DNA of 64,000 nt from an uncultured Pseudomonadales bacterium. Its GTDB lineage: Bacteria; Patescibacteriota; Microgenomatia; UBA1400; PJMF01. Position 1 is the stretch's first letter. Each line of letters opens with the position of its first letter. A program made the translations under genes and the position numbers. Under the pieces are notes generated by a model, which worked only from the letters and a program-made list of their open reading frames with translations, was not told the origin of the DNA and searched no databases. The stretch covers positions 17,337-81,336 of the forward strand of contig CAZNOF010000004.1 in NCBI GenBank assembly GCA_964574595.1, in the 5' to 3' direction. Shown one piece after another: positions 8,169 to 17,328 of the stretch.

Positions 8169-10097
8169 TTACTTTACATTGCTAAACACTTCACCGAGTG
8201 TGTTAAATAAATCCATGATATCTTCAGATCGAGAGATGGTACTGAAGTCGTCACTGGTGAATTCAAGCGCTCCTTCAACGAATGGGTTGACTCGGTTTAA
8301 ACGAGTATCTCTCGATATAAAGTTCTGAATTCGCTCCATATCTGTGCCTGGATATGTATCAGTTGGTAGCTGATTTACGGCGGCTTCAATCTGTGGGGTG
8401 AGTTCCTGGGCTTTTTGAAAAACGATTGATGGATTTGCTTTTTCACCTAAAGCTCTATGTATATATGGTTTGGCAACATCAGTGAGTTTGAGGATTAAAT
8501 CTCTTTTCAGATCTGCTCTCATCTGGTCAAGCTCTTTCACCCAATCCTTCAGCTCACTATCCTTATAATTCTGATACATCTTTTCAGCGATCTCTCTTAA
8601 TGCTGGTGTTATGATTTTATTTAAGACTGCCTCATCCATTCGAAATTTAAACTCGCCGTGTCGCTCTGGTGGTAAGGCAAAGAAGGCAGATTTCTGTTCT
8701 GTTACATTCTTCTTAAGAAGTTCCAAGTTATCATGCGCTTGTTTTAACGTGGGCACCTGATCTTTATTCTCTGCCAAAATGCTTAGGCACTCATCTAATG
8801 TGGTCGCCTCAGCAGCTCGTTTGGTGATCGCAGCTTCAATAGTTAACTTGGCTTCTGGACTCAACTCATTCCAAATTTTATCAGCTCTTTTAGCTGCCAA
8901 CTGAACGATCCTGTCAAGAATTTCTGGCTCTTTGATTGATGTACCAATCCATTCACGAATTCCATTTTCATCTAAAGGTGTCATATTTCTGTTTTTTCGT
9001 GCCTCAACCATTCCCTCAAATCGATCTAAAGTAATCATGTAATCATAAGCGAGCTGGGACATGGTTATTTCCGCCTCATTCGTCGCAGAGTATGGTTTAC
9101 TAAACTCTTGGAAAACTTTCCTTGCGTCATCGAAGTTTCTGACTCCCCCACCCAAGATAGTTCTGATCATGGAATCTTTTAACTGATCCAAGCTGGCTTC
9201 TGTTCGGCCAGTGTTTGTCTGATCATCAGAGAAATCGACCTTAAACTGTCTTGGAGCATCAATTGAAGTCTCCATCTGATCAAATGGCACACTTTCCGGA
9301 TTCACTGTATCTGGTCTGGTTGCGTCAACTTCAAAATGAGTCATATCAGATTCGGCGTCAGGATCAGTGTCCATCTCACCCACTGGTTCTGGCCTGGCGG
9401 AATCTTCACCGTCTTGAGGCTCTTTCCCCGGAGTTGTATCCATCTCACCGATGGGTTCTGGTCTGGCGACCTTGTATTTTCCATCTCCAATTTCGTCTGT
9501 ACGGAGTCCCTTATTGATAACTCTTTTTCTGATAATTTTTTGGGAAACCTCAGCCGCATAGCCTGCCAGGTTATCAACCATGATATTCATGATCGTGTCG
9601 GACTGCAGATAGTTTTCCAGAGCATCGTGAATATACTCACGAATACCCTGTTGTTCAGGGTTGAATTCAAGGAGAGCTTCGAGTTGTCCTGCAGTACCGG
9701 TTAATACTGACAAATATTGAGTTGCGGCTTGCTTTAAATATTGCTCTTCTTCTTTGTCTGAATCAGCCATGTTGGCGAGAGTGCTCAAATAATCGACGAG
9801 ATCTTTATAACTCCCTGCGGAAGCCATCGTTTTTTCGAGAGCCTTTGAGTAAACGTCGTTCACTGACATCTCTTTTCCAAGATCTCTTCCCTTGTCATCT
9901 TTTCTCTCGTACTTGGCAAAGTCGTCTCTAAGTGTCGTTTGTCTTCTATCCAAGCCAGCCATCTGCTTGGCAATGGTAGCATCTCTTATGGCTTCAGCTT
10001 CTTCATGGGTGTCAACTTCTTGTACTGGTTGGATAGGGCTGTGCTTGGCTTCATTCATACGTTCATAACTATATAACAAACCAATTTGCTTTGCCAT
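8169..10097 (-). CDS. hypothetical acidic protein (642 aa) with an internal tandem repeat ARPEP[IV]GEMDT[TD]P
   Basis: Long ORF with a conserved N-terminus MAKQIGLLYSYERMNEAKH. Repeat units are encoded around 9350..9480. Confidence 0.5.
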   Translation of the reverse strand: MAKQIGLLYSYERMNEAKHSPIQPVQEVDTHEEAEAIRDATIAKQMAGLDRRQTTLRDDFAKYERKDDKGRDLGKEMSVNDVYSKALEKTMASAGSYKDLVDYLSTLANMADSDKEEEQYLKQAATQYLSVLTGTAGQLEALLEFNPEQQGIREYIHDALENYLQSDTIMNIMVDNLAGYAAEVSQKIIRKRVINKGLRTDEIGDGKYKVARPEPIGEMDTTPGKEPQDGEDSARPEPVGEMDTDPDAESDMTHFEVDATRPDTVNPESVPFDQMETSIDAPRQFKVDFSDDQTNTGRTEASLDQLKDSMIRTILGGGVRNFDDARKVFQEFSKPYSATNEAEITMSQLAYDYMITLDRFEGMVEARKNRNMTPLDENGIREWIGTSIKEPEILDRIVQLAAKRADKIWNELSPEAKLTIEAAITKRAAEATTLDECLSILAENKDQVPTLKQAHDNLELLKKNVTEQKSAFFALPPERHGEFKFRMDEAVLNKIITPALREIAEKMYQNYKDSELKDWVKELDQMRADLKRDLILKLTDVAKPYIHRALGEKANPSIVFQKAQELTPQIEAAVNQLPTDTYPGTDMERIQNFISRDTRLNRVNPFVEGALEFTSDDFSTISRSEDIMDLFNTLGEVFSNVK

Positions 10098-10113
10098 CTG
10101 CTAGACTATACAT

Positions 10114-12498
10114 ATGTTGCAAAAAGCTCCGGAAATTACAGGTTTATCTTCAGCCCAAGTTCAGACTCAAATAAATGAAGGTCATCAGGTCAAATTACCA
10201 CTTCGCTCCAACCGAACGTATTGGAACATTATTCAAACCAACGTCTTTAACGTCTACAACGTGATCTTAATTGTTTCATCGTTGTTGGTCTTGTTGCTCA
10301 AAGGCAGCAAGGATGTCCTGGTAGCATTGACGCTGGTGTTAGCCAATATTGGCATTGGTCTTTTTCAAGAAATTCGAGCGAAGAGAACGTTGGATAAGTT
10401 GGCTACGCTGCAAACGCACGTGGTTCATGTTCGCCGGAATGGTCAAACAATGGAGATCCCACTGGCCACATTAGTCCAGGGCGATATCATTGAACTTTTT
10501 CCTGGCGAGCCAATTGTGGCTGACGGCAAGCTCCTCTACTCCGATAGTTTAGAGTTAGATGAATCTTCTCTAACAGGTGAATCAGAATCGGTGCCCAAGA
10601 AAGAACACGAGGAAGTCACTTCCGGAGCCTACTGTTTGGCTGGTTTTGGATTAATGAAAGCTGAAAAAGTGGGTGAGAAAAGTAGTCTCTACGAGTTAAC
10701 TGAAAAAGCCAAAAGTTTCCGTACCTCTCAAACCAGTTCTGAAAAATGGTTGAAGAAATTATTTCAATTTTTGCTCTATACGATTTTGATCTTAGCACCA
10801 CTTACATTAATTAGTGGGATAAATCAAGGTTTTTCTATACCACAAACCCTAACAAACGTCGTGAATTTAGTCAGCAGTTTAATCCCGCAAGGCATGATTG
10901 TGAGTATGACAATTTTATTTGCTTACGGGGTTGTGAATATTAGTAAACAAAATACGCTCATTCAGCGAGTCAACGTGATTGCGATTATGGGGACGATAAC
11001 TTTGTTGTGTGCTGACAAAACCGGCACGCTGACAACCAACCAACTGTCACTAGAAAAAATTATTCCTCTCAACGATCATCCCCTCTCTAAAATCAAAGCC
11101 GATCTCGTCCACTTCACCCAGCATGTTTCTTGGGCCAATAAAACCATGCAAGCCATCGCTACATTCTTGACCACTGAACCACATAAAGACACACCTCAAT
11201 TGATGAAAACTGCGGAAATTCCATTTACTTCCGAACGCAAATGGGGTGGCATGAGTTTTGAGGGCTTGTCATTAGTCTTGGGTGCGCCTGATATTTTGAC
11301 GACAGATGAAAAAATATTAGACCAGGTCACTGAGCTGGCCAAAAAAGGTTTCCGTGTCTTGGCTTTAGCTGAGTCAGAGCTTCCTCTTCAAAACAAAGAA
11401 GTCTTACCGAAACAATTGAAAGTCGTAGCATTGCTTACTTTCCAAGACCATCTTCGAACCGATGTAAAAGAGACAATTGCCGCCCTGGCCAAACAACATA
11501 TTCAACTTAAAATTATTTCTGGTGACAGTGCGGAAACGATTCGCAGTATTGCCGCTCAACTGCATTTGCCAATCTCATATTTATACCAGCAGTCAGACTT
11601 AGTTGATGTAGATCCAGACGAATTTTCTCGGAAAGTGAAGAATGGTCAATTCTTTGCCCGCATTACGCCTTCAATGAAGGAACGTATCATTGCGGAGCTC
11701 GTAGCTCAAGGTGAGTTAGTGGCCATGGTTGGTGATGGTGTCAATGATGTGCGGGCTCTGAAGAAATCTCACGTGGCGATTGCCGTCAATGAGTCATCCC
11801 AAATTACCAAAGATGTGGCAGATATTATTTTATTGGATAACTCTTTTGCTTCATTACCAAAGGCGATTGAAGAAGGTCGTGACATCACCCAGCGCGTTTA
11901 CGCAGTGGCTAAAATCTTTTTTGTGAAAGTGATTTATTTAATTACCCTGTTCTTATTAGCCGGCTTTGCCAGCTTTGCCTTCCCAATTTCTTTGCGTCAA
12001 ACGACTTGGCTCGGCTTCATTGTGGTTGGTGTACCTACCGCGTTGATCACCTTTAAAATTTTGCGACCAAGTGCCACCAAAAACATTCAAAAAGGCCTGG
12101 TACAGTACACGTTAACTGCCGGCATTATTGGTGGATTATTTATGGCGCTGATCATGATTGCCACACAGCTGATCTTCCAAAACGACATTGAAACGAGTCG
12201 CACGCAGGTGAGTTTATTTGCCTCTGTTTTTAGTAGCTTTATTTTGTTCCAAGTCCACGGTATCAACATTTTCTCATTCCCATCGGTGAAGAAAAATTGG
12301 CCATCATTTTTGATTATTGCTGCCATCGGCGCGATTGCGATTTTGTTCCCAAGTGAGTTAACACCTCGTGCATTTCAGTCAGCCCACTTAGACAGTTTAG
12401 ATTGGCTTATTTTGGCCTTTGGAATTGCCGGAAGCATAATGTTACTCCGCTTCATTCTGAAACGCGTAGCACGGTTCGTCGAGGCAAATGAATGGTAA
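10114..12498 (+). CDS. cation-transporting P-type ATPase
   Basis: DKTGTLT phosphorylation motif (CADKTGTLTTN). Hinge motif VGDGVNDVRALKKSHVAIAV. TM bundles before and after the cytoplasmic domain. Confidence 0.85.
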   Translation: MLQKAPEITGLSSAQVQTQINEGHQVKLPLRSNRTYWNIIQTNVFNVYNVILIVSSLLVLLLKGSKDVLVALTLVLANIGIGLFQEIRAKRTLDKLATLQTHVVHVRRNGQTMEIPLATLVQGDIIELFPGEPIVADGKLLYSDSLELDESSLTGESESVPKKEHEEVTSGAYCLAGFGLMKAEKVGEKSSLYELTEKAKSFRTSQTSSEKWLKKLFQFLLYTILILAPLTLISGINQGFSIPQTLTNVVNLVSSLIPQGMIVSMTILFAYGVVNISKQNTLIQRVNVIAIMGTITLLCADKTGTLTTNQLSLEKIIPLNDHPLSKIKADLVHFTQHVSWANKTMQAIATFLTTEPHKDTPQLMKTAEIPFTSERKWGGMSFEGLSLVLGAPDILTTDEKILDQVTELAKKGFRVLALAESELPLQNKEVLPKQLKVVALLTFQDHLRTDVKETIAALAKQHIQLKIISGDSAETIRSIAAQLHLPISYLYQQSDLVDVDPDEFSRKVKNGQFFARITPSMKERIIAELVAQGELVAMVGDGVNDVRALKKSHVAIAVNESSQITKDVADIILLDNSFASLPKAIEEGRDITQRVYAVAKIFFVKVIYLITLFLLAGFASFAFPISLRQTTWLGFIVVGVPTALITFKILRPSATKNIQKGLVQYTLTAGIIGGLFMALIMIATQLIFQNDIETSRTQVSLFASVFSSFILFQVHGINIFSFPSVKKNWPSFLIIAAIGAIAILFPSELTPRAFQSAHLDSLDWLILAFGIAGSIMLLRFILKRVARFVEANEW

Positions 12499-13204
12499 AA
12501 GTAGTGCCAGTGCCCGGCTTAGAAACAAACTCTAAGCTACCTCGGAAATGCGCTTCAATAATTTCGCGTGAGACATACAAGCCAATGCCCGTCCCCTGCT
12601 CTCCGGATTTGGTGGTGAACAGCGGTTCAAAGATTTGGCTTTGATCTTCTTCGCTCATGCCGCATCCCCAGTCCTGAACAGTGATCAAAATTTCTGCCGT
12701 TTCTTCTCTGATGGTGATAACTACCTTCTGGCCTTGGCAGTTTGATGGATAGGCGTCGAGGGCATTAGAAATCAAGTTCATCATGACTTGAAAAAATTGA
12801 GTTGAGTTGCCAAAGTGCTTGATGTCTTTCTGTTTGTTAATTTCTATTTTGATACTTTTAGACACAGCCTTCGATTTGAATAAAGAGACTGCCTGCTCAA
12901 TTTCCTGAGCCAACCAAAACTCACTCAAGACTTTCTTTTGCTGAATGTGCTGACGCGCCAATTGCAGAAATCTCACCATCCGTTGGGTTCCATCGAAGGC
13001 TCGGTTAATTGCTGTTTGAAATTCGGCGAAGTCTTCGTTGTCCATGCCTAATGATTGAGCTTTGAGTTCTTCTAAATTGAGCAGCACAATATTCAGAGGT
13101 GTTGCAAGATCGTGGAGTAAGCCAGCGGAGAGTCTGCCGAACTCGGCAAATTGTGACAGCTCTGCCAAGTTTTGCGCTTCAATTGAGTTGGTATCCAAGA
13201 CCAT
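12452..13204 (-). CDS. sensor histidine kinase (cytoplasmic, no TM segment)
   Basis: H-box LLHDLATPLN. N-box NLISNALDAY. G-boxes DWGCGM and GTGIGL. The 3' end overlaps the convergent ATPase gene by 47 nt. Confidence 0.75.
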   Translation of the reverse strand: MVLDTNSIEAQNLAELSQFAEFGRLSAGLLHDLATPLNIVLLNLEELKAQSLGMDNEDFAEFQTAINRAFDGTQRMVRFLQLARQHIQQKKVLSEFWLAQEIEQAVSLFKSKAVSKSIKIEINKQKDIKHFGNSTQFFQVMMNLISNALDAYPSNCQGQKVVITIREETAEILITVQDWGCGMSEEDQSQIFEPLFTTKSGEQGTGIGLYVSREIIEAHFRGSLEFVSKPGTGTTFTIHLPRRTVLRVSE

Positions 13205-13856
13205 AAATACTTTTAATAAATATTGATGTATCGTGTGAATTTATGAGAAGTTTTTTGCGAAGTTGTCTGATGTGAACGTCTATAGCATTGGTGTTTGGTT
13301 CGTCAGTTTCATCCCAAATATGTTCCAACAACATATCTCGCTTAATAATTTGGCCGCGGTGACGCACAAAGAATTCGAGAATCTGTCGCTCTTTTCTTCT
13401 GAGGTGAATTTCTTGATTGGCTTTCGTGACGGTGCCACTATTTATGTCGATGGTGATGTCGCCGTACTGCAAAGTGCGCTGTGGAGTCAGAAGTGGGTTT
13501 CGCCTAAATAGTGCTCGAATTCTGGCCAGTAATTCTTTTGTGGAAAAGGGTTTTGTCAGATAGTCGTCTACTCCGCCGTCTAAAGCTAGGACTTTGTCCT
13601 CAACTTCGCTGCGACCAGTCAGCATCAGGATGGGAGTTTTACAGTGATCGGCGCGGAGCTTGATACAAAGCTCTACTCCTGTTTCGTCTGGAAGATTAAA
13701 ATCGACGATCATGGCATCGTACTCATGAATTGCCGCCAGGTACTCACCTCGCTCAGCCGTGTAAGCAGTGTCCACAAGATACCGCGATTGCAAGGCATGA
13801 GTGAGCGTTTCCACGAGCTCAACATCGTCGTCTATGATCAGTAGGCGCATGTTCAA
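13179..13856 (-). CDS. OmpR/PhoB-family response regulator
   Basis: Receiver domain (LIIDDD...D...LMLTGR...K) plus winged-helix trans_reg_C domain (IHLRRKERQILEFFVRHRGQIIKRDMLLEHIW). Overlaps the kinase start by 26 nt. Confidence 0.8.
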   Translation of the reverse strand: MNMRLLIIDDDVELVETLTHALQSRYLVDTAYTAERGEYLAAIHEYDAMIVDFNLPDETGVELCIKLRADHCKTPILMLTGRSEVEDKVLALDGGVDDYLTKPFSTKELLARIRALFRRNPLLTPQRTLQYGDITIDINSGTVTKANQEIHLRRKERQILEFFVRHRGQIIKRDMLLEHIWDETDEPNTNAIDVHIRQLRKKLLINSHDTSIFIKSIYGLGYQLN

Positions 13857-13895
13857 AGTATATCAATTTGGTAAATACCTAACAAAAGTGTATCG

Positions 13896-16778
13896 TTACT
13901 CCGTCGGGTCTTCAGCTGGCTTAGCAAGCAGAATCTCTTCAGCTTCCTTCATGGTTAAGGCCACAGCTACGACTTTGTCACCGGCTTTTGGTCTCATCAA
14001 GATGACGCCTTGAGTTGGACGAGTCAGCACTGGAATGCTCTTGTCCTCTACTGAGAGTTTAATCATTTGTCCACTTTGAGTGGTGATCACCACTTCTTCA
14101 TGATCTTGAGTGACCATCATGGCTGCAACTACGTCACCAGTTTTGGCTGTGATCTCAGCAACCTTGACGCCTTGACCAGCACGTTTCTGGACTGGGTATT
14201 GAGACAAGACAGTTCGTTTGCCCAACCCTTTTTCAGTAATCAAAAGGAGTTGTTGGAAGGCTTTTTTCTTGCCTTTCTCTGGAGCCACAACTTCGCCACT
14301 GGCTGGGAATGCTTCCACACCAACCACGTAGTCGTCTTTCTTGAGTTCAATTCCCTTGACACCTTGGGTATCGCGTTGTGAATTCTTGACTTCTTTTTCA
14401 GTGAAGCGAATAGATTTACCTTGATGAGTGATCAACATAATGTGATCGTCACCACTGGTTAACTTGCCCCAGACGAGTTCGTCATTATCTTTCAGCAAGA
14501 TAGCGATGATACCGTTCTGGCGAATATTGTCATAGAGTTTAACTGCGGTTTTCTTGACCAATCCGTTGCGAGTAGCTAAGGTAATAAACTTCGTCTTATC
14601 TTTTTCCTCATCGAGGATTAAGATTGATTTAACAGTCTCTTCTCCACGTAGGTTGATTAAGTTGACTAAGGCAGTTCCCTTGGCTTGTCGGCCAGATTCT
14701 GGAATTTCGAAGGACTTCAATTTAAAGACACGACCCTTGTTCGTGAACATGAACAGACTGTCATGGGTTTGTGCAGTCAAGATACTTTGCACGGCATCTT
14801 CATCTTTGGTTTTGATACCAATTGCACCTTTACCACCACGTTGTTGTGATCGTAAGACACTTGGGTTGTATCGTTTAATGTAACCGGTTTGAGTCACGGT
14901 AATAACAGTTGGTTCATTGGCAATTAAGTCTTCTTCACTGAACTCACCAATCTTGCCTTTAATTAATTTGGTGCGACGAGCATCACCGTACTCAGTCATG
15001 ATCTGTTTGGTTTCATCAGCAATCACTTTCATGACGGATGATGGATGGTTCAGTAACTCGATTAAGAGACCCATTTGATCCTTAATAGCCTTGTACTCAT
15101 CTTCAATTTTCTTGCGCTCAAGAGCAGCTAAGCGTTTCAACTGCATTTCCAAAATGGCCAAAGATTGCAACTCACTCAAGCCAAATTTCTTCATCAAAGC
15201 AGCTTTAGCGGTATCCGTATCAGCTGATTTGCGAATGGTGGCAATTACTTCATCTAAGTTGTCTAGAGCGATTAACAAACCCTCCAAAATGTGGGCGCGT
15301 TGACGTGCTTGGTTCAATTCATATTGTGAGCGGCGGACGATGACGAGTTGGCGATGACCAATGTACTCCATCAAGATTTGCTTGATGTTCATGAGTTGTG
15401 GCGTACCTTCACTGGTTAAGGCCACCATGTTCATTGGGAAACTGGTTTGTAATTCAGAGTATTTAAATAATTTGTTTAAGACAACTTTTGGCCGTGCATC
15501 GCGCTTTAATTCAATGGTGATCTGCATGCCTGTTCGGTCGGAGTCATCATTTAAGTCTTTAATACCTTCAATTTTTTTGTTGCGAACTAAATCGGCAATC
15601 TTCATGATCAACTTGGCTTTGTTGACTTGGTATGGAATCTCTGTCACTAAAATTTGGAAGTTACCTTTTTTATCTTCAACAATGTTTGTCTTGGCACGGA
15701 TCACCACTTTGCCTTTACCAGTGTGGTAGCCTTCTTTAATTGCCTGGAAGTCATAGATAATACCGCCGGTTGGGAAATCTGGTCCGTTCACGTATGACAT
15801 GATTTCATCAATCTCAATTTCCGTGGTGAACTTACCAGCTAGCTGAGTTGGTGGTGTTGCCAAAATGACATCAATAATTTCATTTGTTTTCTTGATATCT
15901 TCTGTCTTCAAAGAGTGCATGGAAGGCACTTTTTCAATCTTCTTATCCATGCCATTTTCGGCACTTCCCTTTTCTAACATGGCCTCAATAGCTTTACAGA
16001 CCTCAGTCAAGTTATGTGGTGGAATCTTGGTTGCCATACCAACGGCAATACCTTCAGAACCCATTAAGAGTAAGTTTGGTAATCTAGTTGGTAAGACGAC
16101 AGGTTCTTGTAGTGATCCATCAAAGTTGTTGGTGAAGTTGACAGTTTCTTTATCCAGATCCGTCAGCATTTCTTTGGCAATTTTGGCCAAACGAGCTTCG
16201 GTGTAACGCATAGCAGCTGGACTATCGCCATCAACAGATCCAAAGTTACCCTGACCATCGATCAAAGGGTATCTCATACTGAAATCTTGACCTAAACGAA
16301 CAAGCGCCATGTAGACCGCCGAGTCACCATGCGGGTGATATCTACCTAAAACGTCTCCCACAATACGACCACATTTTTTGTATGGGCCGGTGTGGTGAAA
16401 GCCAGTCTTGTACATGGAGAATAAAATACGTCGGTGAACCGGTTTCAAACCATCGCGCACATCTGGTAAAGCCCGAGCCACGATCACACTCATTGAGTAG
16501 TCTAGGTAAGACTTCTCCATCTCGTTGATGATAGAGATGTGTTTAATCTTGCCAAAGCGACCTTCACTAATCGAATTGATAGCTGGACCTTCTGCCTCAT
16601 TGGAAACTAAGGTATCGCCAGACATCCGAGGAGCTTCCACCGCTTCATCTTCCGTGACGAGCTCTTCCATCTCCTCTGCTACAACCGGATCAGTCCCTTC
16701 AGAGGGCTCGGTCTTTTCAACGTCGTCATCTAAGGACTCTACTGTTACAAGTGGTTTCTTTTTTTTATCGTCTGCCAT
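13896..16778 (-). CDS. gyrA: DNA gyrase subunit A with an acidic N-terminal extension of about 75 aa
   Basis: Motifs SYLDYSMSVIVARALPDVRDGLKPVHRRILFSM, QDFSMRYPLIDGQGNFGS and the active-site Tyr region. C-terminal beta-pinwheel repeats. Confidence 0.9.
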   Translation of the reverse strand: MADDKKKKPLVTVESLDDDVEKTEPSEGTDPVVAEEMEELVTEDEAVEAPRMSGDTLVSNEAEGPAINSISEGRFGKIKHISIINEMEKSYLDYSMSVIVARALPDVRDGLKPVHRRILFSMYKTGFHHTGPYKKCGRIVGDVLGRYHPHGDSAVYMALVRLGQDFSMRYPLIDGQGNFGSVDGDSPAAMRYTEARLAKIAKEMLTDLDKETVNFTNNFDGSLQEPVVLPTRLPNLLLMGSEGIAVGMATKIPPHNLTEVCKAIEAMLEKGSAENGMDKKIEKVPSMHSLKTEDIKKTNEIIDVILATPPTQLAGKFTTEIEIDEIMSYVNGPDFPTGGIIYDFQAIKEGYHTGKGKVVIRAKTNIVEDKKGNFQILVTEIPYQVNKAKLIMKIADLVRNKKIEGIKDLNDDSDRTGMQITIELKRDARPKVVLNKLFKYSELQTSFPMNMVALTSEGTPQLMNIKQILMEYIGHRQLVIVRRSQYELNQARQRAHILEGLLIALDNLDEVIATIRKSADTDTAKAALMKKFGLSELQSLAILEMQLKRLAALERKKIEDEYKAIKDQMGLLIELLNHPSSVMKVIADETKQIMTEYGDARRTKLIKGKIGEFSEEDLIANEPTVITVTQTGYIKRYNPSVLRSQQRGGKGAIGIKTKDEDAVQSILTAQTHDSLFMFTNKGRVFKLKSFEIPESGRQAKGTALVNLINLRGEETVKSILILDEEKDKTKFITLATRNGLVKKTAVKLYDNIRQNGIIAILLKDNDELVWGKLTSGDDHIMLITHQGKSIRFTEKEVKNSQRDTQGVKGIELKKDDYVVGVEAFPASGEVVAPEKGKKKAFQQLLLITEKGLGKRTVLSQYPVQKRAGQGVKVAEITAKTGDVVAAMMVTQDHEEVVITTQSGQMIKLSVEDKSIPVLTRPTQGVILMRPKAGDKVVAVALTMKEAEEILLAKPAEDPTE

Positions 16779-16798
16779 AGCTCATTACCTTGTGTTTC

Positions 16799-17302
16799 TT
16801 ATTTACTGCCGAATTTTGCTTGGGCCTCTTCAATCTCCTTCATTGCTTCAGCTTTTCCGACAAATTTGTTAATTTTGACCCATTTTCCTGGCTCTAAATC
16901 TTTGTAGTGTTCGAAGAATTGTTTGATTTTGTTTAAGCGCCATTCTGGGACGTCACTTAAATCTTCCCAACTGCCGCACTCGATATCCATCTTGGCTTTA
17001 GCAGGAACACATAAGACTTTGTGATCGATACCTTCTTCGTCTTCCATTTCCAACATGCCAATGACGCGGGTTTTGATCCACATGCCTGGCAAAATTGGTT
17101 GGCAAGTTAAGACTAAAGCGTCTAACAAATCGCCATCTTTGCCTTTAGCACCTTCAATGGCACCGTAGTTCTCTGGGTAGAACATAGCGGTTGGCACAAA
17201 TCGGTCAACGTAAATTCGACCATTTTCCTCATCTTGCTCGTACTTGGTGTTTGAGCCAGCTGGGATCTCAACTAAAACGTGTAATGTTTGACTATCTGCC
17301 AT
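16799..17302 (-). CDS. ppa: inorganic pyrophosphatase (family I)
   Basis: 167 aa. Motifs YPENYGAIE, DGDLLDALVL and conserved Asp/Lys residues. Confidence 0.9.
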   Translation of the reverse strand: MADSQTLHVLVEIPAGSNTKYEQDEENGRIYVDRFVPTAMFYPENYGAIEGAKGKDGDLLDALVLTCQPILPGMWIKTRVIGMLEMEDEEGIDHKVLCVPAKAKMDIECGSWEDLSDVPEWRLNKIKQFFEHYKDLEPGKWVKINKFVGKAEAMKEIEEAQAKFGSK

Positions 17303-17328
17303 ATTGCTCCTTGTATATTATGTTTGTT

